A DNA stretch of 62,145 bases, taken from the NCBI GenBank assembly GCA_017559985.1, contig JAFYPW010000082.1:1-62145 (forward strand), written 5' to 3'. The first letter of the stretch is position 1; each line of letters opens with the position of its first letter. The translations under genes and the position numbers were made by a program. Source of the DNA: Oscillospiraceae bacterium. GTDB lineage: Bacteria; Bacillota; Clostridia; Oscillospirales; JAAYXM01. Below the pieces are notes generated by a model. The model saw only the letters and a program-made list of their open reading frames with translations, was not told where the DNA came from and did not search any database. This document shows, piece after piece, positions 18,484 through 26,596 of the stretch.

Positions 18484-19353
18484 TTATTTATCCAGTGAAG
18501 AAAGTATGTCCTTGAGGTTTGTCAGACACTCGTCGGTAGCCTCATAACCGTACATGGAAAAAGCAGAGCCTTTGGGGAGTTCCAGAAGGTCTTTTGATAT
18601 TTCGTGCTTCGGTCTGTAATGCGTTTCCATAACGAGCCAGCCGTCGTAGCCGTCTGCCAGGAGTGCGGAAAATTGACCTTTAAAGTCAACCTCGCCTGTG
18701 CCGAAAGGAACACCGTCAACGCTTCCGTCAGGGTTTTTTACTGCATCTTTAAGGTGCATATGGCAAAACACATCTTTAATGTAAGAATATCCGTCGGGAT
18801 AGGGCACTTCGCAGTCGGGATCGGAAATGTCGTTTCCCGGATCCCACAATGCCTTGACTCGGTCGTGATTTATTGCATCAACGACAAGTCTGAGCTGTTT
18901 TGCGTTTGTTGCATAGACGGACGGGTCAAACTCAATCACAACATAGATATCCTCTTTTTCAAGGACAGGTGTGATTTCGTGATATTTTTTCACAATATCG
19001 CAGAGAACATCGTCAAGGTTTTTCCGCTTCCAGAAGGTAAAACCCCTTATCTGCTTTGTGCCGAGCTCTTTTGCGAGGTGAATACATTTGTTGAGTATGC
19101 CCAGATGTGCTTCAAACTCCTTTTCGTCGTAGAGCTCGCACTTGAAAAGAGGGGCAGCGATGCCGCAGCAGACAAGATTGTGCGAGTTCATAACGGTTTT
19201 GATTTTTTCAATATCCTCATCTTCAAGCTCGTGAGGACCTTTTTCCCACACGGAGCGTATTTCGACACCGGAGAGCCCGTGTTTTTCGGCAAGAGAACAG
19301 GCTTCTTCGAAGTCCTGTGAAATTTCGTCTGTTATTACGCCTAATTTAAACAT
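18484..19353 (-). CDS. Sugar phosphate isomerase/epimerase (xylose-isomerase-like TIM barrel)
   Basis: 289 aa. MFKLGVITDEIS...GL.GVEIR is typical of the family. Confidence 0.8.
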   Translation of the reverse strand: MFKLGVITDEISQDFEEACSLAEKHGLSGVEIRSVWEKGPHELEDEDIEKIKTVMNSHNLVCCGIAAPLFKCELYDEKEFEAHLGILNKCIHLAKELGTKQIRGFTFWKRKNLDDVLCDIVKKYHEITPVLEKEDIYVVIEFDPSVYATNAKQLRLVVDAINHDRVKALWDPGNDISDPDCEVPYPDGYSYIKDVFCHMHLKDAVKNPDGSVDGVPFGTGEVDFKGQFSALLADGYDGWLVMETHYRPKHEISKDLLELPKGSAFSMYGYEATDECLTNLKDILSSLDK

Positions 19354-19367
19354 AACTTCAACACTCC

Positions 19368-20393
19368 TTAAAGTTCGATTTTTTTGCCGGTTCTGCTTGA
19401 TTCGTATGCCGCGAGGATAATATCAACCGCTTTTTTGCCTTCGTAGACATCAACGGCAGGTGCTCTGTCTTCTTTGAGAGCATTGATTGCGTCAATAATC
19501 TGCAATCGGTGTAAATCTATAGAGAAGGCAGAAGGGTCTTTGAAGGTTTCCGCATCGGAAAATACCTTGTCAACCTCAGCGCCCTCTTCGCCCTCGACGT
19601 CCCAGCTTGTAATCTGTCCGTCGGTAAGAATTATGGTGCCCTTCGTTCCGCTTATCTCAATGCGCCTGGGATAACCCGGGTTAACGGAGGTTGTTCCCTG
19701 TATAACGCCGGTTGCACCGTTTTCATATTCGACGATTAAGTTTGCGGTGTCTTCAACTTCAATGTCGTTGACGAGTGTTTTGCAGACGCCGTAAACGGAT
19801 TTTACGGGGCCGGCTATGTATTGGAGGATATCAATTCCGTGGATTCCCTGATTCATAAGAGCACCGCCGCCGTCCATCGACCAGGTTCCTCGCCAGCCGG
19901 CAGAAGCATAATATTCGGGGGAACGGTAAAACTTCATATACAGGTCACCTAAGACTATTTTGCCGAGTTTGCCCGATTCCACGGCGCTTTTTGCCTTATT
20001 TATAGAGTCGATAAAGCGCAGCTGTGAAACAACCGTTCCTTTTACGTTGTTTTTTTCACACGCGGAGATTATTCCGTCAATTTGTTCCTTTGTAATAGCC
20101 ATTGGCTTTTCGACTATAAAATGCTTACCTGCGTTTGCGGCTTTTATGGAAAGCTCTGCGTGAAGTCCGCTTGGTGTGCATATGCAGACGATATCAATTT
20201 TGTCTGATGCAAGAAGCTCTTCTACACTGTCAAATGCAGTACAGTTATAATCTGCCGCGAAAGAAGAAGCCCTTTCCTTTGAGGTGTCGGCAACGCCAAT
20301 GAGAGTTGCATCGTCGATTGAAATGATGGAATCGGCGTGCCATTTTGAAATCATACCGCAGCCGATAATTCCGAAACCGTATTTTTTTGTCAA
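19368..20393 (-). CDS. Gfo/Idh/MocA-family NAD(P)-dependent oxidoreductase
   Basis: GFGIIGCGMIS Rossmann motif and the EKP motif. TTG start at 20393 with SD ggaagggag. Confidence 0.85.
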   Translation of the reverse strand: MTKKYGFGIIGCGMISKWHADSIISIDDATLIGVADTSKERASSFAADYNCTAFDSVEELLASDKIDIVCICTPSGLHAELSIKAANAGKHFIVEKPMAITKEQIDGIISACEKNNVKGTVVSQLRFIDSINKAKSAVESGKLGKIVLGDLYMKFYRSPEYYASAGWRGTWSMDGGGALMNQGIHGIDILQYIAGPVKSVYGVCKTLVNDIEVEDTANLIVEYENGATGVIQGTTSVNPGYPRRIEISGTKGTIILTDGQITSWDVEGEEGAEVDKVFSDAETFKDPSAFSIDLHRLQIIDAINALKEDRAPAVDVYEGKKAVDIILAAYESSRTGKKIEL

Positions 20394-20466
20394 GAAAAAC
20401 ACTCCCTTCCGTAATTGATAAAAGTATATCACGGCGCAGGGTGTAATGCTTCTTTTATTTTATCAG

Positions 20467-20533
20467 AAACTTACAAAATATTCTCCTTATAATCAATTCC
20501 GTGGGAGGTTTTGCGGTAATATTTTGTAAGTTT
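20467..20533. promoter_or_regulatory. Perfect 16-bp inverted repeat (aaacttacaaaatatt / aatattttgtaagttt) with a 35-bp spacer, in the divergent promoter region
   Basis: Arms at 20467-20482 and 20518-20533 are exact reverse complements. A TATAAT at 20488-20493 lies between them. Confidence 0.6.
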
Positions 20534-20609
20534 GCAGTAAAAAAAACGAAGAAAATATGGTGTCTTTGTTGTATGATGAAGGCAGAAAAGAAAATGCGGA
20601 GGGATGATT

Positions 20610-21500
20610 GTGAAAAAAATAGATGTACATATCCATTCGAGCATGTGGAAAAAAACGCAGCTTCAACCGCACTGCGTTCTTGCTTCTCCCGAGGAGCTCA
20701 GAGAGAGCTATGACGGGCTTGGCATCGAAAAAGGCATTTTCATGCCGCTCATAAGCCCGGAATACAGGTTTTCCGTTCAGACAAACGAAGAGGCAGAATA
20801 TCTCTCACACAAATATCCCGATCTGTTTTGGTGGTGTTGCAATATAGATCCGCGGATGGGTGAGAACAATGCAAAAACCGACTTTTCTTACTTTTTGAAT
20901 TATTATAAAGAGCGCGGAGCGCTCGGCGTCGGTGAGCTTACAACAAATATTTATACCGATGATCCGCTTCTTGATAATTTCTTTCACCACTGCGCGATGT
21001 GCGATATGCCGGTTACAATCCATATTGCACATAAAAAATATGACACCTACGGAATAATCGACGACCTGCACCTTCCGCGTCTTGAAAAGATGCTTAAAAA
21101 ATACCCCGATTTAAAAATCATCGGTCATTCAATGTGCTTCTGGTCAGAAATTGACGGAGCGGTTACCGACGCGGAAAGAAGCGGATATCCGACAGGAAAG
21201 GTAAGAGAGGGCAGAGTGTCAGAGCTTATGCGACATTATCCTAACCTCTACTGCGATTTGTCGGCGGGGAGCGGCTTTAACGCGCTTTCGCGTGATCCTG
21301 ACTTTGCATACCGCTTTATCGAGGAATTTTCAGACAGGCTTATGTTTGCAACCGATATATGCGCCCCGCACCAGGAGGCACCGCTTTCCGCATGGCTTGA
21401 CGATGCGGAGAAAAACGGTCTTATAAGCTATAATAACTACGCAAAGATTTGCAGAGAAAATGCAATACGGATATTTAAGATAAGCGAGGAGGAAAAATAA
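20610..21500 (+). CDS. Amidohydrolase_2-family metal-dependent hydrolase (lactonase/decarboxylase-type fold)
   Basis: KIDVHIH (HxH), internal H residues and a late D (ATD). The start may be GTG 20610 or ATG 20604. Confidence 0.72.
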   Translation: MKKIDVHIHSSMWKKTQLQPHCVLASPEELRESYDGLGIEKGIFMPLISPEYRFSVQTNEEAEYLSHKYPDLFWWCCNIDPRMGENNAKTDFSYFLNYYKERGALGVGELTTNIYTDDPLLDNFFHHCAMCDMPVTIHIAHKKYDTYGIIDDLHLPRLEKMLKKYPDLKIIGHSMCFWSEIDGAVTDAERSGYPTGKVREGRVSELMRHYPNLYCDLSAGSGFNALSRDPDFAYRFIEEFSDRLMFATDICAPHQEAPLSAWLDDAEKNGLISYNNYAKICRENAIRIFKISEEEK

Positions 21501-21501
21501 A

Positions 21502-22824
21502 ATGAGTAAACTTGCTCTGTTTGGCGGCGAAAAAGCCGTAAAAAAATCACTTAAAGAAATCAGTTTTGACTTTGTTCCGGAAAAGGGCATTAAAAAGGCT
21601 GAGGAGCTTATGAGGGCGGGGGAAATTTCCCTTTCTCCGCTTGTTTATGAATTTGAAGAAAAGTTCGGCAGATATATCGGCAGAAAACACGCTCTTTGTG
21701 TAACGAGCGGAACCACATCAATCCAGAGCGCTCTCTTTGCAGTGGGTGTCGGTGCGGGGGATGAGGTTATCGTTCCGTCGTTCACCTTCTGGGCAACAGT
21801 GGGGCCGGTTGTTGCCTGCAATGCAGTTCCGGTTTTTGCGGACTGCGATGTCGAGACGCATAACATCACGGCAGAAGCTATCGAAAAGTGCATAACACCC
21901 AGGACAAAGGCAATCATTGCAGTTCACGTCTGGGGAACACCGTGTGACCTTGACCCGATTGTCGCTCTTGCAAAGAAGCACAACTTAAAGCTTATCGAAG
22001 ACTGCTCACACGCTCACGGCGCTACATATAACGGCAAGAAGGTCGGCACCTTCGGAGATGTCGGTTGCTTCTCTATGCAGGGTTCGAAGCTTCTGATGGC
22101 AGGCGAGGGCGGAATCCTCGTTACGGACAACCGCGAATACTATGAAAGATCACTTGCTCTCGGTCACTATGAGAGACTCAGCAGCCTTCCGGAGGATTCG
22201 GAATACAGGAAGTACAGCCTTACGGGCTTCGGTTTCAAGCACCGCATCCACCCGGTAGCTGCGGCTATTGCCGATGCAAACCTCCAGACACTTGACGAAT
22301 ACAACGAAATAAGAACAAAGAATGCGAAATATTTTGAAGAGCTTATGTCTGACCTTGACTTTATCACATTCCAGAAAGTTCCGGAAAAGGCAGAGCGCGT
22401 ATACGGCTACCACTACGGCACATATCATAAGGAAAAATTCGGTGGGCTCAGCCTGTATACTCTTCTCAAAGCTCTCACGGAGGAAGGTGTAACCTGCGGC
22501 CCCTGCGGCTACGGAATGTTGCATAAGGCTCCGCTTTACACAGAGAAGAAGAACAGCCCGATGCATGCTTTCTCCTGTCCGTGCTATGATAAAGAGTACG
22601 ACCTTCCGGAAACTCTTCCCAACAGCGAGTTTTTAAGAGAGGCGGGAATCTACCTTGCTCCGCGATTTGAATCTGCAACAAAAGAAGATATAGAGCAGTA
22701 TTCAATTGCATACCATAAAGTTGCAGAAAATCTTGCGGCGCTTCTTGCTTATGAAGAGGAGAACAATCTCGGAGAAAAGAAGGTAGACAGCGCCGGAAGA
22801 AGCATCACAACATTTAAAGACTGA
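21502..22824 (+). CDS. DegT/DnrJ/EryC1/StrS-family PLP-dependent aminotransferase
   Basis: 440 aa with VTSGT, DEVI.PS.TF and the candidate PLP lysine in SMQGSKLL. Confidence 0.85.
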   Translation: MSKLALFGGEKAVKKSLKEISFDFVPEKGIKKAEELMRAGEISLSPLVYEFEEKFGRYIGRKHALCVTSGTTSIQSALFAVGVGAGDEVIVPSFTFWATVGPVVACNAVPVFADCDVETHNITAEAIEKCITPRTKAIIAVHVWGTPCDLDPIVALAKKHNLKLIEDCSHAHGATYNGKKVGTFGDVGCFSMQGSKLLMAGEGGILVTDNREYYERSLALGHYERLSSLPEDSEYRKYSLTGFGFKHRIHPVAAAIADANLQTLDEYNEIRTKNAKYFEELMSDLDFITFQKVPEKAERVYGYHYGTYHKEKFGGLSLYTLLKALTEEGVTCGPCGYGMLHKAPLYTEKKNSPMHAFSCPCYDKEYDLPETLPNSEFLREAGIYLAPRFESATKEDIEQYSIAYHKVAENLAALLAYEEENNLGEKKVDSAGRSITTFKD

Positions 22825-22843
22825 TAAAAGAAGGTGCTGTTAT

Positions 22844-23695
22844 ATGAAAATTGCGGTAAGTACATACAGCTTTGCGAAATGGATGCAGGAAAACAATCAG
22901 CTTGCAATAGTAAAGAAAGCTCACGATATGGGCTTTGAGGCGCTTTCGGTTTCCGGAATTATTCCGCATGACGGCTCAACAAAAGAGGAGTATGCGGAAA
23001 AAATCCGTAAAGAAGCGGAAAAGTATAATATCAGAATCAACGACTATCTCTTCGGAGCTGATCTTGCACAGAAAACCGAAGAAGAGACAAGAAAGGCAAT
23101 CGAAGAAGCAAAGAGACAGATTGACATTGCAGAAATCCTCGGTGTCGGGCTTGTGCGCCACGATGTTGCCGGAGGAGCAAACTGCAAATCCTTCGACCTT
23201 GCGCTCCCCGCACTTTCGGCAGCTTGCCGTGAGATAACGGAATATGCCGCGTCAAAAGGTATCGTGACAACGATTGAAAATCACGGCTTCTTCTGTCAGG
23301 ATGCAGAGCGAATTGAGCGCCTTTATAATGCGGTCAACCACGAAAACTTCGGTATTCTCTGCGACATAGGAAACTTTCTCTGCGTTGATGAGGACCCGGT
23401 TATGTCAGTCAGCAGAGTTGCCCCTTATGCGCGCAACGCTCACGTAAAGGATTTTCATTTCAGAAGCGGGAAGGAAACACACCCCGGTGAAGGCTACTTC
23501 CAGACACGCGGCTGCAATTATATAAAAGGAACAATAGTGGGTCACGGTGTTGTGCCGACGGTGCAGTGCCTTGCAATACTCAAAAGAGCGGGTTATGACG
23601 GATATGTATGTATTGAGTTTGAAGGACCTGAGGATAACCTTGAAGCGCTCAGAATTTCTCACGATAACCTCAAACGCTTCATTTCAATGATATAA
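22844..23695 (+). CDS. Sugar phosphate isomerase/epimerase (xylose-isomerase-like TIM barrel)
   Basis: 283 aa. IENHG and H.KD motifs are typical of the family. Confidence 0.8.
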   Translation: MKIAVSTYSFAKWMQENNQLAIVKKAHDMGFEALSVSGIIPHDGSTKEEYAEKIRKEAEKYNIRINDYLFGADLAQKTEEETRKAIEEAKRQIDIAEILGVGLVRHDVAGGANCKSFDLALPALSAACREITEYAASKGIVTTIENHGFFCQDAERIERLYNAVNHENFGILCDIGNFLCVDEDPVMSVSRVAPYARNAHVKDFHFRSGKETHPGEGYFQTRGCNYIKGTIVGHGVVPTVQCLAILKRAGYDGYVCIEFEGPEDNLEALRISHDNLKRFISMI

Positions 23696-23731
23696 CTGTG
23701 ACTGTTTTCAATTCCCTCAATAATTTTCAAA

Positions 23732-23769
23732 TGCAACCGCAATAACTGTAAAAGGTTATTGCGGTTGCA
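23732..23769. terminator. 14-15 bp perfect hairpin after the plus-strand operon
   Basis: tgcaaccgcaataac ... gttattgcggttgca. Confidence 0.55.
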
Positions 23770-23775
23770 CACTTC

Positions 23776-23837
23776 AATGCAAAACGAAGTGAAAATGTCT
23801 GCGACATCATCACTTCGTTTGGAGCTGGAGATGGGAC
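23776..23837 (-). repeat. 62-bp perfect direct repeat, distal copy: orphan 3'-terminal 18 nt of tRNA-Thr plus 44 nt of its downstream terminator hairpin
   Basis: Base-for-base identical to 23969-24030. Contains tggagctggagatgggac (reverse complement of GTCCCATCTCCAGCTCCA) but no 5' part of a tRNA. Confidence 0.9.
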
Positions 23838-23968
23838 AAAGCTATGCGTCGCATAGCTTGCACCCTCGACGACCGCCTGTGGCGGTGCCCGTCATCGGGC
23901 GTACTCGCTAAAAACGATTATCAATCGTTTTATTAACGCTCGTACCCTCTTAGGCTTCAAGTCCCTCT
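23838..23968. other. 131-bp hairpin-rich insert enclosed by the 62-bp direct repeats (possible remnant or miniature integrative element, or a structured RNA)
   Basis: Four consecutive hairpins: 23839-23859, 23872-23886, 23887-23900 and 23911-23931. The end 23961-23968 (gtccctct) is near-complementary to 23829-23837 (agatgggac). No ORF. Confidence 0.4.
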
Positions 23969-24030
23969 AATGCAAAACGAAGTGAAAATGTCTGCGACAT
24001 CATCACTTCGTTTGGAGCTGGAGATGGGAC
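23969..24030 (-). repeat. 62-bp perfect direct repeat, tRNA-proximal copy (overlaps the 3' end of the intact tRNA-Thr and its terminator)
   Basis: Identical to 23776-23837. Confidence 0.9.
23975..24012 (-). terminator. Hairpin terminator immediately after tRNA-Thr
   Basis: aaacgaagtga / tcacttcgttt 11-bp stem. Confidence 0.6.
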
Positions 24031-24088
24031 TTGAACCCACGACCTGCTGATTACGAATCAGCTGCGCTACCGACTGCGCTACTCCAGC
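24013..24088 (-). tRNA. tRNA-Thr (anticodon CGU), CCA encoded
   Basis: Hand-folded cloverleaf: acceptor GCTGGAG/CTCCAGC, anticodon stem GCTGA/TCAGC with loop TTCGTAA, T-loop TTCAAGT. Confidence 0.9.
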
Positions 24089-24112
24089 AAATATTTAAAA
24101 CAAGCAAGATAT

Positions 24113-24141
24113 ATTATAATATATTTTCTCTTTTCCGTCAA
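24113..24141 (-). promoter_or_regulatory. Near-consensus sigma-A promoter for tRNA-Thr (TTGACG-17-TATAAT)
   Basis: Read on the minus strand: ttgacg gaaaagagaaaatatat tataat. The -10 ends about 24 nt upstream of the tRNA 5' end. Confidence 0.6.
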
Positions 24142-24242
24142 CGGTAAAAGAAAAAATTTTACTTTTTTCATACCCTGCTTTTATTATCCCTTTTAATCAA
24201 CAAAATTTGTGAAAATCCGGATAAAATTGTTACTGTTTGTCC

Positions 24243-24271
24243 TTGCCTTGTTGGGGAAACTGTGTTATGAT
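24243..24271 (+). promoter_or_regulatory. Sigma-A promoter candidate for prs (TTGCCT-17-TATGAT with TG extension)
   Basis: ttgcct at 24243-24248 and tgtTATGAT ending at 24271. Confidence 0.55.
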
Positions 24272-24322
24272 ATAAAAGTAACAGCATGGACTTTTTTAAA
24301 TAAATTAAAAGGGGATTAGTAT

Positions 24323-25513
24323 ATGACAAGTACGTTCAGTGCCGCACCGGATGATAAGATTCCTTATGCTCCGATAGGTCTCATCACACTTGACAGCTGC
24401 CGCGAGCTTGGCTCCCTCGTGGATGCAAATCTTGTTCAGCAGCGTCGTTATAATGTAGAGAACGGAAATGTTCCGCTTCACTTTCCGGCATATCTTCGCG
24501 ATTCATACTGCATCGACCACGCAACGCCGAGGTTTGCATCGGGTGAAGGCAAGGCGATACTCAAAGAAACCGTCCGCGGATATGACATATACATCCTTGC
24601 GGATATAAGTAATTACAGCTGTACATATAAAATGTATAATATGGAATGCCATATGAGCCCGGATGACATCTTCCAGGACATAAAGCGCGTTATTGCGGCT
24701 ATCGGCGGTAAGGCAAGGCGCATAAACGTTATTATGCCGCTTCTTTATGAAAGCCGTCAGCACAGAAAGACGGGCCGCGAATCTCTTGACTGCGCGCTCG
24801 CGCTTCAGGAGCTTGAACATCTTGGCGTTGAGAACATCATAACCTTTGACGCTCACGACCCGCGTGTTCAGAACGCAATTCCGCTCATCGGCTTTGAAAA
24901 CGTAAGACCGACCTACCAGATCATAAAGGCACTCATCCGTTCGACTCCCGACATTGTTATAGACAAGGAGCATATGCTCGTTGTCAGCCCGGATGAGGGC
25001 GGTATGAGCCGCAGCCTTTACTTTGCAAGTATGCTCGGTCTTAACGTAGGTATGTTCTATAAACGCCGCGACTATACGCGTATAGTAAACGGCAGAAACC
25101 CGATAATTAGCCATGAGTTCCTCGGCGAAAGTGTTGAAGGAAAAGACGTCTTCATTCTTGACGATATGATTTCTTCGGGAGAGTCTGTTATTGAGATTGC
25201 ATATGAGCTCAAAAAGAAGAAGGCAAAGAGAATCTTTATCGGCGTAACCTTTGGCCTCTTTACCGAGGGTGCAAAGTCCTTCAACAAGGCATATGAGGAA
25301 GGCGCAATTTCAAAAGTTTTCTCCACAAACTTAAACTACCGTACAGAGGAAATTTTAAAAGCACCGTGGTATGAAAACGTTGATATGTCAAAGTTCCTCG
25401 CCCTTATTATGGACACAATGAACCACGACATTTCAATAACATCACTTTTAAGCCCGGTTGATAAAATCAAGAAGATTCTTGAAAAGCACAGGGCAGAAAC
25501 AGAAAACAAATAA
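24323..25513 (+). CDS. prs: Ribose-phosphate pyrophosphokinase (long form)
   Basis: 396 aa. RQ.RK, FD.H and DDMISSG (PRPP-binding loop) motifs are in the expected order. Confidence 0.78.
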   Translation: MTSTFSAAPDDKIPYAPIGLITLDSCRELGSLVDANLVQQRRYNVENGNVPLHFPAYLRDSYCIDHATPRFASGEGKAILKETVRGYDIYILADISNYSCTYKMYNMECHMSPDDIFQDIKRVIAAIGGKARRINVIMPLLYESRQHRKTGRESLDCALALQELEHLGVENIITFDAHDPRVQNAIPLIGFENVRPTYQIIKALIRSTPDIVIDKEHMLVVSPDEGGMSRSLYFASMLGLNVGMFYKRRDYTRIVNGRNPIISHEFLGESVEGKDVFILDDMISSGESVIEIAYELKKKKAKRIFIGVTFGLFTEGAKSFNKAYEEGAISKVFSTNLNYRTEEILKAPWYENVDMSKFLALIMDTMNHDISITSLLSPVDKIKKILEKHRAETENK

Positions 25514-25543
25514 TAAAAAGAAATATATAAGGAGCGAAAAATT

Positions 25544-26572
25544 ATGGCAAAAGTAGTAACATTCGGAGAAATTATGCTCAGACTCAAATCCCCGGGGCTT
25601 GAAAGATTTTTCCAGTCACCTGCATTTGAGGCAACATTTGGCGGCGGCGAGGCAAACGTTGCAGTTTCCCTTGCAAATTACGGTATGGAGTCATCCTTCG
25701 TAACAGCTCTTCCTGCAAACGCAATCGGCGATGCCTGTGTTGCAGATGTCCGTTCTTTTGGAGTTGACACAAAGGACATTATCCGCACAAACGGCAGAAT
25801 GGGTATTTACTACCTTGAAACAGGCGCAAACCAGCGCGCTTCAAAGGTTGTTTACGACCGCGAATTTTCTGCTATCGCACTTGCAAAGCCCGGCGATTTT
25901 GACTGGGAGAAGATTTTTGACGGTGCAACCTGGTTCCACATCACAGGTATCACACCGGCAATTTCCGCAACCGCAGCAGAACTTGCTCTTGAATCTGTCA
26001 AGGCAGCGAAGAAGCTTGGCGTTACGGTTTCCTGCGACTTCAACTTCCGCAAGAACCTCTGGAAGTACGGCAAAACCGCTCCCGAGGTTATGTGTGAGCT
26101 TGTAAAATATGTTGACGTCGGCATCGCAAACGAGGAAGACTGCCAGAAGTCACTCGGAATTACTGTTGATGTAAAGGTTGAAGACGGAGTTCTCGATACT
26201 GCAAAGTATGAAGCACTTGCACGCAAAGTACTTGAACAGTACCCCGATATGAAGACACTTGCAATCACTCTCCGTGAGAGCAAGAGCGCAGACACAAACG
26301 GATGGTCTGCTTGCCTCTGCGACAGAGACAATTTCTACCTCTCAAAGAAATATATGATTACCGATATTGTTGACCGTGTCGGCGGCGGCGACTCCTTCTC
26401 CGGCGGTCTTATCTACGGTCTTAACAACTATGAGAACAAGGAAGATGCTCTCAACTTCGCTGTTGCAGCATCCTGCCTCAAACATTCCATTATGGGCGAC
26501 TATAACCGTGCAACACTTGCAGAAGTTAAGGCTCTTATGGGCGGCGACGGTTCCGGTCGCGTTCAGAGATAG
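25544..26572 (+). CDS. kdgK: 2-dehydro-3-deoxygluconokinase (PfkB family)
   Basis: 342 aa. [11 protein letters not shown].....RF.Q...F...FGG.EANVA.SLA is typical of KdgK, and the C-terminal GGGD.F motif is present. Confidence 0.82.
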   Translation: MAKVVTFGEIMLRLKSPGLERFFQSPAFEATFGGGEANVAVSLANYGMESSFVTALPANAIGDACVADVRSFGVDTKDIIRTNGRMGIYYLETGANQRASKVVYDREFSAIALAKPGDFDWEKIFDGATWFHITGITPAISATAAELALESVKAAKKLGVTVSCDFNFRKNLWKYGKTAPEVMCELVKYVDVGIANEEDCQKSLGITVDVKVEDGVLDTAKYEALARKVLEQYPDMKTLAITLRESKSADTNGWSACLCDRDNFYLSKKYMITDIVDRVGGGDSFSGGLIYGLNNYENKEDALNFAVAASCLKHSIMGDYNRATLAEVKALMGGDGSGRVQR

Positions 26573-26596
26573 TTTTTGTAATAAGGAGAATTTGAA

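Noticed and set aside
18604-19320. 238-aa plus-strand ORF inside the TIM-barrel gene, and the 201-aa ORF at 57492-58097 inside sigE
   Set aside because: Both are antisense frames opposite confidently identified genes, with no SD and no motifs.
23776-24030. The possibility that the 62-bp repeats form a CRISPR array
   Set aside because: There are only two copies. The repeat contains part of a tRNA and a terminator, and no cas genes are nearby. The geometry fits an att-type duplication instead.
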